A stretch of DNA of 64,000 nucleotides from Octopus vulgaris. Its lineage: Eukaryota. The translations under genes were made by a program, and so were the position numbers. The notes beneath the pieces were generated by a model. It saw only the letters and a program-made list of their open reading frames with translations. It was not told the origin of the DNA and did no database searches. Numbering within the stretch: position 1 is the first letter of the stretch; each line of letters opens with the position of its first letter. Shown piece after piece: positions 40,718 to 54,176 of the stretch. Location: positions 123,008,001 to 123,072,000 of the forward strand of contig OX597818.1 of assembly GCA_951406725.2 (NCBI GenBank), read 5' to 3'.

Positions 40718-41156
40718 CTAGCAGCATGGCCCGGCGTTGCCCGGGTATGTAAGAGCCCCTAGTAGGCAACGGCTAATCCCAATCGGGTCCTTTCTCTCTA
40801 GGGAACGAAGGCGCATGTGTAGGTTGCAATGTCTTCTCTTCACTCGAATACTTCTGTGTATACGATGTTCCTAGCTGTCCCTTTGGGCGATAAAAATGTT
40901 GAGATGTGTCCCCTAGACAGAAAATGTGTTGCATATAAAAAGCTTAGATTCTCGACCCCATGTCGAATTTATCGATTTTTCCAGAACTGGGGGAACTTTT
41001 CAAAATTTTCGCTGCGTCAGTTTTAAATTATGACATTGGGCTATGTGTGTGTCAAGTTTCATCAGAATCGGTTGAAAGCCGTGGTCAGGGTGAGGGTACA
41101 ACCTGACAGACACACAGACACACAGACAGACAAACTGCCGTTTATATATAGAGAGA
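40718..41156 (-). mobile_element. Non-autonomous Helitron, family B
   Basis: Minus strand A|TCTCTCTATAT start, hairpin cccgggcaacgccggg, CTAG|T end. Confidence 0.85.
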
Positions 41157-41664
41157 TAAACTTATGGCTATATAAACAATGTGTTCGGAACCAGTAGTGG
41201 GTTAGATGAGTGCTGAAGAAGGAGGAACAAACCCGCTAAATATGGCTCATTACCTACGCACTCATTTCCCACTTATGTCTTCGATCACGTCGTCTGATTA
41301 CATCTAGCGTCTCGAGACGAAACGCTGTAGCAAAAAATCACTGCTGGCTATACGTTCTATAGAATATCTATAAAAATAACCTTAACAAAAGATAACAGAT
41401 ACATATATGATATGATATGATATGATATGATATGATATGATATGATATGATATGATATGTATGTATGTATGTATGTATGTAAATAAATAAATGGAGATAA
41501 ACGCAGGTGTTATTCAAATTCTTTTACTTCCATTTCTACCTTTAAAACAAGAAGTTACAATCTTTTTAATTGTGTGATTTTTTGCTACCCTGGTAACTGT
41601 TTATCTATTTTTTCTGTGTTAATTGTTAACAAGGGAAAAATACACACATCTATTTCTATAAATT

Positions 41665-41707
<43 letters not shown>

Positions 41708-41974
41708 CCCTGTACACCTATTTGATTATGAAGATTTACAAACATACTTTCTCAGTGATACTCAGTTTACCTACCATTATAAACAATACCAAATGTTCTT
41801 TCTCATACCTTTCATAATGTGATACAAGTCTTTGGTGTAGCAATTGCATGCGGCTGAAGAGGGCTTTAAACTATCTGTTATGTCGATTATACATTGATGT
41901 AAGTATAAGTTGTTTTATAAAGCTCGAAACATGTGTACCGCCACATCCTTTGTGTTCTGTTTTTTTAGTTCATT

Positions 41975-42010
<36 letters not shown>

Positions 42011-42324
42011 GCCCCTATATTTATAATTCTATTTTCAATAGTAACTCTATTTCTCAATATTTTATTTCGCTCTCAGTATCTATTTAAACAAATTTACTTA
42101 AATGAAATTGATAATTGTAGAAGCGGCCAGTGAAATTTCGTAGTTAACGATGCCAATTATGTTCGAGATTGTTGTATAATGAGGAGAAAATTTCTTAATC
42201 ATTTCCCTTCTTTGCTCTCTCTTTGTCTAGCCTTCTCTGTGTTTTTACACACAGACACAAATACACACACATGTACGTATATATGTACATACATGTATTT
42301 ATATGCGTGTGTTTGTATGCATGC

Positions 42325-42385
<61 letters not shown>

Positions 42386-43570
42386 CATACATACATACAT
42401 ACATACATACATACATACATACATACATACATACATACATAAATACATATATACATGCATACATACTTATGTATATAATTACATGAATCTTCTAATCAAA
42501 TCAGACGGCAGAAAATGTGTTAAGTCTGCACATGTGGACTATAACCATCGCCAATATGCCTGTTAGGGAGTGCCTATGCAGTTCTTGCTCTCGTTAGATT
42601 TGTAAGTCCTGTCTTCCTGAAATATCTCGTCTTAGACAAATACTAAGCTATATTAGAATTTTGGGCGGGTTTCTGAATATAAAGGCATGTGAATCTGTCC
42701 GATGACAGGAGATCCTGAAGCTGAGAACAGGCTAATAATGTATCAGTGCTGGAAGGAAATTCGAAAGCAACTGAAAGGGACTGAACTATACAATTAAAAT
42801 CTTCGGAAATTTTGTGCAGTTATTGTATAAACTTTTTCAACGTAGACAACACAATGCTGCAACACTTGCCAAGGACATACCAGGAATATCTCAATCGAAA
42901 GTAGAAGGGAAGGCCAAAACTTCAGCCATCATCTTCAACGTAAATTCTTCTTTTTTAGCATTTCTTGACTCAGAGTACAATAATAGCAACACAAAAGGAA
43001 GATTATACAACTCTGCAACGTACGACAGTTGGTATCAATGATAGCCTCCAATTGTTTTTTGTTTTTGTTGTATTTCCAACGATTGTACATAGTAATCATA
43101 TATCTTTTGATTTCATGTCGATTAATGAGCTCTAATAAAAGTGTAGTTTTAACATTTTATATGAACATACCGTAGCTACGGTATTATGAATTTCACTTCA
43201 CAAACCATTTGTGTCAGAGTTTGATGATATTGCGTGTCCCCATGTATACACGTCTTGAAACGGAAATTCCGATTAACTTCTAAAATTCATCGCACTTTGG
43301 CAGAAGGAAACTGTTGGGTTTGTGATTGAGTAATGATTTGAAATCTACTCTTACATACAAACGAAAGTTTTGTCGTTTGTCTATTTCTTGTATTCTGTTG
43401 CTCATTGGTGAAGTATACATTATCTTGATACATATTTGTAAGTTACCAAACCAGGAGGTCTGTTATTAAGTATATTTGCCAGAATTGCAAGCTGCTTAGT
43501 ATAGGTCTAACCAAGATAAGTTGTCCTTTATAAAACCTGCATTCACACTTTTTTCTTTATCTTGAGAGAA

Positions 43571-45820
43571 GCGTGGGGCAAAATTGGTAAGGGGGTAAAA
43601 TGAGTAATTGTACTTTTTCCCGCTTTCTTTCTCCCTATATGTTTGAAGCCATTACATTGCAGGTATTGCATCATCCTTTTGTACTATTGCATTTGAGAGC
43701 ATTGTTGTTGTTGTTGTTGAAGATGAGGGAGTGTGATTCAAAGTCAAGTGACGTACTATCTTTTCAAGAATTTTTTTTCTCAACTTTGATCTGATTGTAA
43801 TTGCGGTTGCTAATAAAATCTCTGGATAATTTTTGGTGCTTAACATTTAATGTTCTTTTCTCTGTCGGATTACAAGTCAATTATTTCTAATGCTAATATC
43901 TAATTTGATAATTTTAGATTTTCCCAAAAATTATATCTAAAGAAGGACAAAATGAATAATGACTAATTTCAGTAGATTTTTTGTTCATTTTTAATTGCCT
44001 CGTGCATAAATATATCATGAAAAGAGCCGCCCAAGCAGATCATGAAGAAGCTATAAAAAATATTTTATATAGAGTTTTTAGACTTAGTCGAGTTTTGTTA
44101 GTTTCATACCATGTGCCATTTCTATATGATCATCTTTCAATCTGACCTAGATGCTTGAAAGTTTTGTTGCATTTCTGATCTTTCGGATGTCCAAGAATGG
44201 ATATTGATGTGTAAGAATCTTTTCTCAAATGTAAATCTGAAGAATAGAAGAAGCTATTTTACTTTACCTTGCCATGCTTATTCTGCCCCAGTTAAATTTG
44301 TCTTCTGTATGCTCAAACAGAACGGTGATAAATTTCTGAAATACTGATCAGATTTTGTTAGTCTTTTTAATGCATTTATAGAAGGTAATTAGCTGAGTTG
44401 ATATAGTTTTGTAATTGCAGTTGCTGATAAAAGCTCTGGATAATTGGCAAAGCACATATCTTTTTCTCAGGGTCAAAAATGCAGTAAATCATACACATTG
44501 TGCTCCGCCCCACAATTTAAATTTCCAGACCGAAATAACAGGCCATGATCTAGTTATATACACCACAATCTACACTTGTCAACACGAATACAGAAACCAA
44601 AGACGAAATATCCACAGACTCCAAGTCTCCTACAAATGACCCTCTACCGTCTGAAAAAGGAGGACGCATTAGAGTTAGATTTACAGAGTCAGAGAAAAGA
44701 TATGATAAATGTAATTTCAACAGCTGTTGATCATAAGTCATCTTAATCAGGGCTGAATGTATAAAATTACAACAAAAAACCGGACATTGTTGTTGTAGTT
44801 GTTTATACTTTTTTTCAGACAATGTTCATCTTCGTCAAAGAAAACAAAATCAGCATCGACAACACCCTAATAATCATGGCTCAAACTGATCTTAATCATA
44901 GATCTGTTCCTCCGGAACTGATCCGTGTTTTAAAATACCAACGATATTAATAAATCGGTAATTTCTTTTAAATTGCTTTTGATAATTGTCCTGATTGGAC
45001 AAGTCTGAAATGAGTGAGTAGTGACGACAACAATAATAATATAAGTATAATTTAAACTGCTTCTGATCGTGGTCTGCACAAAGAGTAAAAAAGATGTCAC
45101 CTAATTTAAAGAATAACAATATAAGCAACATCAAAATGTTAATACATCTATAATATACAAACGTAATTTGTGATAAGCTTAGTTGGCAAAGATATTACAC
45201 AAAATATACTGTTAGTTTGTCATGAAAAGAATAAACACATTGGTGACGTCTAATGTTTTGGTTAGAATCCTCCAATTCTGAAAAGATTCTTGCTCTAAAC
45301 GTTAGATTTCATCACATCCTCAACTTAAAGATGCATTAAATTTTTCTACGTAGTGAAATGTTTGCATAATAGAGAAAAATTGGGTAGAATGAGTATAATG
45401 TTGCCTTACAAAAGCTAAAAATGGAATTTCAGCTCTCAGCAATTCAAGGTCTTCTTGACCTATTTACACATATTTTCGTGAAACACAATTCTAATGTTCG
45501 CCGTCGTTGAGCGTAACCAGATAAGCTATGTATCCATTAGCTATTAGAGTGTTGTAATAGACAAAAAAATAATTATCTCTGTTGTAAATATAATTGTTTT
45601 ATTTACATCGTATGTCTCTGTTTTCATACAAAAACATTTCCTTTATTTTCCATTTATTTTTCTTCCCACTTTGAATTATTTTCGTTTGATTTTTATATTT
45701 TCTGAAATTTGAGCTGATGTTCAACGAACCTCTAGCCATGTAATTGCGATTATATTTATGTAATACTCTCCATTAATGCTCCTGAGACAATGTACGATGT
45801 ATCTCAACTTTGCCACACGC
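43571..45820. mobile_element. Possible old TIR DNA transposon (~2.25 kb)
   Basis: Candidate TIRs gcgtggggcaaaattg / caactttgccacacgc; no recognisable transposase ORF. Confidence 0.3.
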
Positions 45821-45966
45821 ACAGCCTCGCTCATGAATGTAGACGCACATACATACACGCATAGTCAGAGAAATACACATATTCAGAAGTAATGACGATA
45901 TCCTTATGATGAAGCGAATATATGTAATTTACCACTTTATATACATATGCTTATATATGTATATAT

Positions 45967-46061
<95 letters not shown>

Positions 46062-46377
46062 TGTGTGTTGTGAATACATCTATACATATATACATATAAA
46101 GCTATGCAAAGATACATAAAACACATATGTATATATGATTCTGTAACTATATACAATTAACCACGTATCTGTATTAGATATGTCCCAACTGACACGCGCA
46201 CACGCATATACATACATATATATATACATTATATTTATATACATGTATATATACATGCATTCATACATATGTTGGAATATATATACATATATATATATAT
46301 ACATACATTCATACATATGTTGGAATATATATATATATATTTATATATATATGTATATATATATAAATGAATATATA

Positions 46378-46930
46378 TAATAATATTTTGTCTAATGACC
46401 AATTCGACTTTTGTGCTGGGCCACTGGTAGTAATCTATATTATTACTATTTTTGATTATATTCACATACTACTTGATGGATTTATTCGTAAAATTTTTTC
46501 CCGGCATGCCCTATAGCGCCGGGCAGATTTTGCGTCTGCGCAGAGATTTGAAAAGTTAAGATCTGCAAGTTGTTTAGATCAACGCATGGTCTAACGCGCT
46601 GCGCATCTCGATTGAACTTAGGCATCTCGCTGATGAAACCGGCCTTAGCAAACATATTCTGTCTGTTTTGCTAGAAAGAGGTAGAAACTGATATCAGTCC
46701 GGGATGTATCGTTATCGGTAAATGTTTTTGATTTTCACTCTCGATAAATTTATCCCTTTTTGTGTCCCTAGCACTTGGCATCCTTATTTAGGAGCCCTTA
46801 ATTATATTTCTACATGAATAATATTTTTCTATATGAATAATATTTTGTCTAATGACTAATTCGTCTTTTGTGCTGGGCCACTGGTAGTAATCTATATTAT
46901 TACCCTTTTTGATTATATTCACATATACAA
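46378..46930 (+). mobile_element. Direct-repeat-bounded unit (~90-bp repeats at ~46379-46467 and ~46836-46926) carrying an intact hammerhead
   Basis: aataatattttgtctaatgac...gattatattcacata repeated; partial-tandem pseudo-LTR-like layout between TA arrays. Confidence 0.75.
46622..46707 (+). ncRNA. Type I hammerhead ribozyme, canonical core
   Basis: Stem I GCATCTCG/CGGGATGT, CTGATGA 46630-46636, extended stem II, GAAA 46684-46687, palindromic stem III CTGATATCAG, GUC triplet ending at 46699. Confidence 0.9.
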
Positions 46931-47875
46931 ATGAATATATATATATATAAATAAATAAATATATATATAAATGCATTAAGTCAACCAGAGTCCACAGAGC
47001 GCGGCATTGAATGCCACACTGTTTTAGTTCAGCTGCTTTGCACTCTGGATTGCAATACCGCCAAGACCGACTTCGATAATCACTTGGCATTCATCACTAT
47101 ATAATGTAATAGCTAGCTGCTGGCACACCTTCTTCTTACCCTAGCTGTCTCACCCTGGAAACTCGACTCGATCTTAATAATTTAGACGACTGGGACTCAT
47201 AACTTGTTGACTTTATCACAGATCAACCTTCCTATCCTTCTGCCAGCGGACAGCACTTAAAGCAACTACTGTTTCAATCAGATATAATCTATTATATCTG
47301 ATTATATAAATATTTTATGCACATCACAAAGCTTATTAGAACCATTAAGATAAATTTAATGTAGTTATATTATAGATTTAAAGCCTTCGCTTTATGAGAA
47401 CATTTTTTAGGTATTTTTTATTGAAAACATGGTTATTTTCTACGCTTTTATTTTTATATATTTCTACAAGTTTCGAGCTGATTCTCTAAAGCAATGAAGC
47501 CCGTGCATATACAATAATTTAAAAACTTTCCCAGGCCCATCTTCAGGCTGTAATGCGTCATCGCAGTGTGTGTTTCACTACCTTTTTTGTAGCTGGTGAA
47601 TACGATTTGAATAGAATTTATTGCCGCTTCTTATGAAGATGGTAAAATTTCCTCCAGCCTGAATTTGAAATTTCATCAAAATCATTTCACTTGTTAAAGT
47701 GAAGACTGTAAATGCTTACAAACATATAGGATGGAGTCAGAAAAGTTATAATAATCATAGTCTTTTTACTTGTTATATATTGTTTATTTATTTTTGTATT
47801 TTTAGTGATCTAGTTATATGATTTAAAATATATTTTATTTTTTTAGTTATGATTGGGTTTATGGATTGCATAATA

Positions 47876-47931
47876 GTGGCTTTTCTCTAATTTATATATA
47901 TATATATATATATAAATTAGAGAAAAACCAC
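47876..47931. repeat. Short palindrome centred on (TA)n
   Basis: gtggcttttctctaatt(ta)n aattagagaaaaaccac. Confidence 0.85.
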
Positions 47932-47988
47932 ATATATATCTATATCTATATCTATCTATATATATATATATATATACATATATATATG

Positions 47989-48043
<55 letters not shown>

Positions 48044-48149
48044 GTGTATATATATATATATACGCACAAACACATATATATATACACACATATATATATC
48101 TACGTACATATATGTATGTATGTATTTATGTATATATGCGTGTGTGTGT

Positions 48150-48190
<41 letters not shown>

Positions 48191-48953
48191 GTGTGTGTGT
48201 GTGTGTGTGTGAGTGTGTATTTTATGTATATATACGTACGCGTATATCTGTATTTAACTCATATATACACACATTTCCTTTGCCTTACAATATGTTCCCA
48301 AGTCATTGCATAGGGTTTCTCCTAGACTTTTCGAGCATTCGTCATTTTGTGTGAATTATTTTTGCAGAACGGAGAATCGGAGGAAAATAAGAGATGCTCA
48401 TCTCCATACAGTCACATCACCACAGAATCTATGCACGCAACACATGAGCACAGTAAGTAATATATTCATATCAAGCCCAGCACATAAAACCAAACATTAC
48501 AACAGAAAGTGAGAAATGCATTTTTAAGTTGAGGTTAACAAAAAATCATATCGTCGCGTATTTAATTTTCATTTTTAAATTATTTTCTTTTTGTCTCTCG
48601 CTTTGATGCGTTTCTGAAAATAATACCTTATGATATGTTTTGTCTGTCGAACGTGAGAAATTGCTTCAGCTTCACCATTTTAATGATAAAGCAATCTGTT
48701 TGAGATGTCTTTCTCAATATTTCTAAAGAGCTAAGACTTGTTATAGAACCCTGTTGTTTTATTTGATTTCACTTTCTTGTTCTGTGTAATTTACATATCT
48801 CAGACATTGGGCTGCAGCCGTCCTATATTTCTCACTTGAAGATTTCTAGACGAACAAATCGACCTCAGCATTTTCTTAAGCCTAGTATTTATATCGGTCG
48901 ATTTTACTGAAGCGGTAACTAAACAAACATTGGTTGCCAAGGATGGAGAGAAA

Positions 48954-49037
<84 letters not shown>

Positions 49038-49043
<6 letters not shown>

Positions 49044-49752
49044 AATGAAGGATAAAGTTTTCTTCGAAAAAATATATTCTTTTTCAAAAAAAAATTTATC
49101 AATGGCCAGCATATCAAAAAATACCTTCAAAGGTTAAATCTATAAACAATTCATAATTAAGGGCAAACGAAAGAATTTCTAATGCCAGATATGCCGAAAA
49201 ATTGGACATATTGTCCATTAACCTTATAATTTTTTCACAACATGCACGCTACTCGAAAAAAGGTCGACAGAAATTTCTAAAACATTCCATTATTACCATA
49301 GATTCTTTTTAAAAAGAATATATTTTTTCGAAGAAAACTTTATCCTTCATTAGATATAAATTTAAGCGTTCACTTCCGGACTCTTTCACTCTGTGAGAGC
49401 ATTAGTTCAAATCGCACGTGTCTCGAATGGGCTGGAGTATTTCTATTTGGATGTATTTGGGGTACTTAATTGTGCTCATGACTTAGTGTTCGCTTCTTCC
49501 ATGGGTATGAGTAAGTATCTCATTTATTTCTTTTGCCACATGTATCACTGACGAAGGGATGGCTGTTATAAGCTAACCCTAAAATCGGTCCGATATGGAA
49601 ATAATGGAATGTTTTAGAAATTTCTGTCGACCTTTTTTCGAGTAGCGTGCATATTGTGAAAAAATTATATGGTTAATGGACAATATGTCCAATTTTTCGG
49701 CATATCTGGCATTAGAAATTTTTTCGTTTGCCCTTAATTATGAATTGTATAT
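49038..49752. repeat. Interleaved inverted repeats A(49038-49084), B(49141-49300), A'(49311-49358), B'(49595-49752) with a decayed HHR at 49542-49596 (+)
   Basis: Arms read as reverse complements; GTATCA-CTGACGA-AGGG..CCCT-AAAA-TCGG-TC-CGATAT. Confidence 0.85.
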
Positions 49753-49759
49753 ATATATA

Positions 49760-51400
49760 TATATAACAAAGTAAATTTGCAAGGTATCACATGAGTGAAA
49801 ATATATAGGAAGTAGAGTTTGAAAATTGACTTGACCGGTTTCACTTTAAAAAAAAAAGTTTATCTAAAGTAAAATGTAAAGCTTTGTATAAGCTTAGTTG
49901 TGTTAAGAAATGGTTATCGTAATTGTATTGAAATACAGTTATACCGTCTTTGATAATAAGAAAATGTTAAGAGGGGCGTTTTGCTTAAGCACTTTACATG
50001 AAATTGTTCGTATTAGGTAGTAAAATAAATTTATAATTATTTTAAGTTCATCAAAAATCATTGTTGTATAGAAGCTTATATACAGAAAGAATCATATTTA
50101 AATATTGTACAGAATTTTAGGGGAATGACCAACCTTTCCATCCTTCATCTCTTATGTGTATAAGAAATGTTTGCTATTTTTAAAAATAGTGTGGGAGGTT
50201 GGTTGATGGGGGAGAGCATTGTGGAGTCAAAGGGATTTTTTTGTTTCTGGGCCAGTGATTCAGTGGTTTTGGGGACTGGTCTCAGAGTTCAAAATGGTGC
50301 CAGTGTGTGTGTGTCTCTGTGCACGTTTCTATGCGTGTGTTTGTGTGTGTATGTGCTTGTGTTTGTGTGTGGGGGATTTTTTAATTGGTCTTAGAGTTCA
50401 GTGTTGTGTATATGTCGGTCTATGTGTAGATGTGTGTGTTTTATATTTTGCAGGTTGGTACGTGTATATGTGTGCACGTTTGTGTATGTGTGTGATTTGT
50501 ATTTGTCAGGGTGCTGTGTGTTCGCATGTGTGTGTATGTGTGAGTCTGCGTGTGTGCGTGTGTATATACGTGTGTGTGTGCGTGCTTGTGTGTGTATGTA
50601 TGTGTGTGTGTCTGTGAGTGTTTGTTGTGATTATTGGCATTGTATTGCGTGTATATATGTATGTGTATTTTTTCTTTGAGTGTGTGTGATTTTTAATGGG
50701 GAATGGACATATTGTGTTTGTGTGTGTACATATGTGTCAATATATGCGTGTGTGTGTGAGGGTGTTGTATTTGCGTGTTTGTGTGTGTATCTCTGTATGT
50801 GCGGGTGTGTTTGCGTGAGTGTGTCTTGTAATTGTCAGGGCGGAGTGTGTAGGTGTGTGCATGTACGTGTTTACATATGTGTGTGTGTGTCTGTGAGTGT
50901 TGATTGGGATTTTTAGAATCGTATTGCATGTGTATATATGTATGTGTTTATTCTTGGAATGTGTGCGGGTTTGTGTTCGGTTGTCGAGATATTGTGTTTG
51001 TGCGTGTGTGTATATGTATGAGTGTGTGTTTGTGTGGGCGGTTTGCATTCTGTTTGTATGTTTGTTGTGGATGTGTACCTTGGGGTATGTTAGAGTATGT
51101 TGAGTTGTCTGTGTTTTTGAATAAGTATATGTTCCTTATTTATTCGTGCTGGTCAGTGGTGTTGTCTGGGCATGGGTACAGTGGGAGAACTAGGAATTTG
51201 GTGGACTTGTTTTGTGCAGAGACATCTACGTGGCCACTAAGTGAAATCTGGCTTTTGGTGGGGTCCCTCAATTGTTGGCGTTTGGCTGTCATCCTATCTC
51301 TGACGGTAAGACTAGTCTGCCCTATATAGATTTTGTGGCACCCTTCACCTAACGGCATAAAAATAAATTCTTTGATGCGCAGGTGAAGTTATTTTTACGA
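49760..51400 (-). mobile_element. Penelope-like 3' fragment: GIY-YIG remnant, CA-rich 3' region, pseudo-LTR with HHR variant at 49829-49870
   Basis: ORF 51140-51358 GCHKIYIGQTSLTVRDRMT..R.Q...H aligns by eye with the 55252 ORF; ACTT-TAGATAA-ACTTT..AAAGT-GAAA-CCGG-TC-AAGT. Confidence 0.75.
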
Positions 51401-51894
51401 CTCCAATTTCCAATATTCGAAATCATTCGTTTCCGAACATCTGCTGGTAAAAACTGAACCCATTTTGCATTTTAATTATCTACTGTCATTTCATCGGGAG
51501 CGGAGAGCTTGAGTGTTATTAATATGAGATATTTAGCTTCAGAACATACAAGAACCCATCGCATAACAAAAGCATTGAAAAATTTGAAGATGATATTTTA
51601 CAGCATCATTAAAAAAATCAGGTTACGTAAGGTACAAATCAGCTACCAAAGTAAGCTGAATAAATAGTTAATACATCTATGCAGATCAGATAATCTGCAT
51701 TATTCATCTGACAAAAGAAGGCATGTATGTTGTGTATCAGTTAGCACATTTTAAAGGTTTCTATCTGATAATATATCAAAGTTTATTAATTGCTGGATGT
51801 TACCTTCGCGCTCACTCTCAGTCAATCAATCAAATTGTCTGTCTGTCTGTCTCTCTCTCTCTTTATCTATCTATCTATCTATCTATCTCCCCCC

Positions 51895-51932
<38 letters not shown>

Positions 51933-51935
51933 GAT

Positions 51936-52134
51936 TCAAAATGTGACCGCGTGTGTACCGTTGGCGATTTTTTTCCCTCCGTCTTCCCTTCTTTGGATCT
52001 TTCCTTTTCCTATGTTTCTGAAAAAGAGCTCCGCTCGAAACGTTAAACCCTCCTTCTTTCCTTCTTTCCTGAGCGTCCAATAATAATATACTTGTTCCAC
52101 GTCCTCGCGCTGTGTTTTCATGCTTGGATTAACT
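51936..52134 (+). mobile_element. HHR-bearing short repeat H1, hammerhead at 52014-52048
   Basis: Matches 21483-21688; core CTGAAAA. Confidence 0.8.
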
Positions 52135-52158
52135 ACATATATATATATATATATATAT

Positions 52159-52214
<56 letters not shown>

Positions 52215-52217
<3 letters not shown>

Positions 52218-52652
52218 CGCACTAATATTTAATCTAGAAGCCAAAAAGTTAGCTGAAAAAATAAAACTAAATGATAGGTAGAAAGCGTGTCACCCTAATA
52301 TTCTTTATTAGCGTTGAAAGACCCTACAGTAAATTTCAAGGATAAACCTAAGTGTAGATTGATTGCCCCAGAAAAGATACTGCTATGTGTCGTTAATAAC
52401 AATTAAAAAAAAATTACTATTAGAAAAAAGTCATTTTCAGATTGAAGCAGTTTTACCATTAATATTATACTGTAACTCTTTAGAAGTGCCGGAATGCTTA
52501 AAAAAACTAAAAGCGAAGAGAAATTGTAGATTCACGCAGTTTGATATTGCTAAATTTTATTTCTCTATAAACAAAATTCTGTTAACGAAAGCTCTAGATT
52601 TTGAAACAATAAACACCGATATTAGTGAGTCAGATATAGATGTGATTATGTT
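52215..52652 (+). pseudogene. Decayed Penelope-like RT fragment
   Basis: KPKCRLIAP and FTQFDIAKFYFSINKILLTKALDF...ISESDIDVI (FDI..FYPSI motif). Confidence 0.7.
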
Positions 52653-52659
52653 AGTTTTT

Positions 52660-54000
52660 GGATAGTGTATAGTGTTGGGGTTCCGTGTAGAGCTTCCACG
52701 TTTTTGTTCACATAACCTTTCTTATCATTCTCAAGGCTCCGGTTATTACTGGTATTGTTTTCATTTTCTTGCCCTACATCTTGAACACGTCAAAACATTT
52801 CAATTCTTATTTAGTATATTTTGCAGATCTGTTTTCATGTTATTTTTTGCTACTTTGATCATTTCTGCTGTGTTGTCATTCGAAATTAATCTTTCAGTGC
52901 AGTTTGCTTCTGTTCTGTATTTGTCTTATCCTTATGTATACAGAAAATCGTTTCCATTTTTTTTGTGTTGTTTTATTACATGTAATAGTTGTCCACTTTT
53001 CGTTTCTAAGTTTTCTTCTAGTCCAAATTTTGTTATTTTATAGTCGTTCTCTATGTCAGGCCGCAACCTTCTTCTGCGTGAGATAGAAATATTCTGTGTT
53101 TCCTTTTGGGTGGTAACTTCGATATGCTGCTGTTAAAAGTTTCCTGGTTTCTGTATCTAACTTTTTCAATTCAGTAATCTTCCACTTTATAATGTTGAAG
53201 CTGTAATTTAAGATAGGCATGACTAATGTGTTCATCTCTATTATCCTATTTTAGCATTGGGTTTAGTGTTAAATATTTGTTTCTTTACTACCCACAAGGG
53301 GCTAAACACAGAGAGGACAAACAAACGTATTAAGTCGATTATATCGACCCCAGTGCTTAATTTATTGACCCAGTACTTAATTTATTGACCCTAGAAAGGA
53401 TGAAAGGGAAAGTCGACTTCGGCGGAATTTAAACTCAGAACGTAACGGCAGACGAAATACGGCTACGCATTTCGCCCTGCGTGCTAACGTTTCTGCCAGC
53501 TCTAATTCTTCTGTAATATTCTCCCCTAATTTTCCCTCTCATTTCTGTGTTGTATTTTAGATATTTCGCCTACTCCTAGATATTTGTATGGACAGTTGCG
53601 GTCTAATTTTCTGATTTCTGTGTCTATGTCAAGTTCAATCTTTTAAACTATGATTAATTTGCCTCTCTTTAATGACACTTTGGTATATTTGGCCAATCGC
53701 ATGCTCATCCTAATGTCCTTGCTGAAGCTATGGACAATCTTTAGAAGTTTATGTTTCTGTGAGGAAGTAGTTTTAATGAAAATGTTTATGTAGTTCATAT
53801 ATAAACTAATAGATGACTAATAGCTTGTCCATAGTGGTTTCATTTACATGTTTATCTGTGGGTTCAGAGCAATGCATAAAAGCAGGGGTATCAACGAACC
53901 TCATTAGAAAATTCTTCTTCTTATGAGTGTCAGGTAGGTTTCAATGAATTGTGACACACTTTTCAGTGTTATGCTGGTTTTCCAGTTTACCATTAAATAG
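52660..54000 (-). pseudogene. Decayed R4/Dong-like RT, interrupted by SINE S3 at 53273-53502
   Basis: Minus-strand fragments PLL.CIALNP, YKYLG, ILNYSFNIIKWKITELKKLDTETRKLLT...HPK. Confidence 0.7.
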
Positions 54001-54135
54001 CTGATATATTTTTGAAGTGATGGAGCTACTTTATATGTGTGGAGAAGCTTCACAATCCATTAGTGTGGAACACTGTCGAACACCATCTAGTAATCAATCC
54101 ATGTCGAGGTTTGCTGTCTCATTTTACGATCTTTA

Positions 54136-54176
<41 letters not shown>

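Noticed and set aside
41290-41345. GTC-TCGA-GAC-GAAA-CGCTG-TA motif near the repeat shared by 14145-14255 and 41530-41645
   Set aside because: No adjacent CUGANGA core or stem I
42695-42730. CTGT-CCGATGA-CAGG-AGAT-CCTG motif resembling an HHR
   Set aside because: No GAAA or stem III
47465-47552. Minus-strand HHR-like motif TACAGC-CTGAAGA-TGGGCCTG...CAGCTC-GAAA-CTTGTA
   Set aside because: Stem III and the cleavage triplet are essentially missing; possibly a decayed HHR but not supportable
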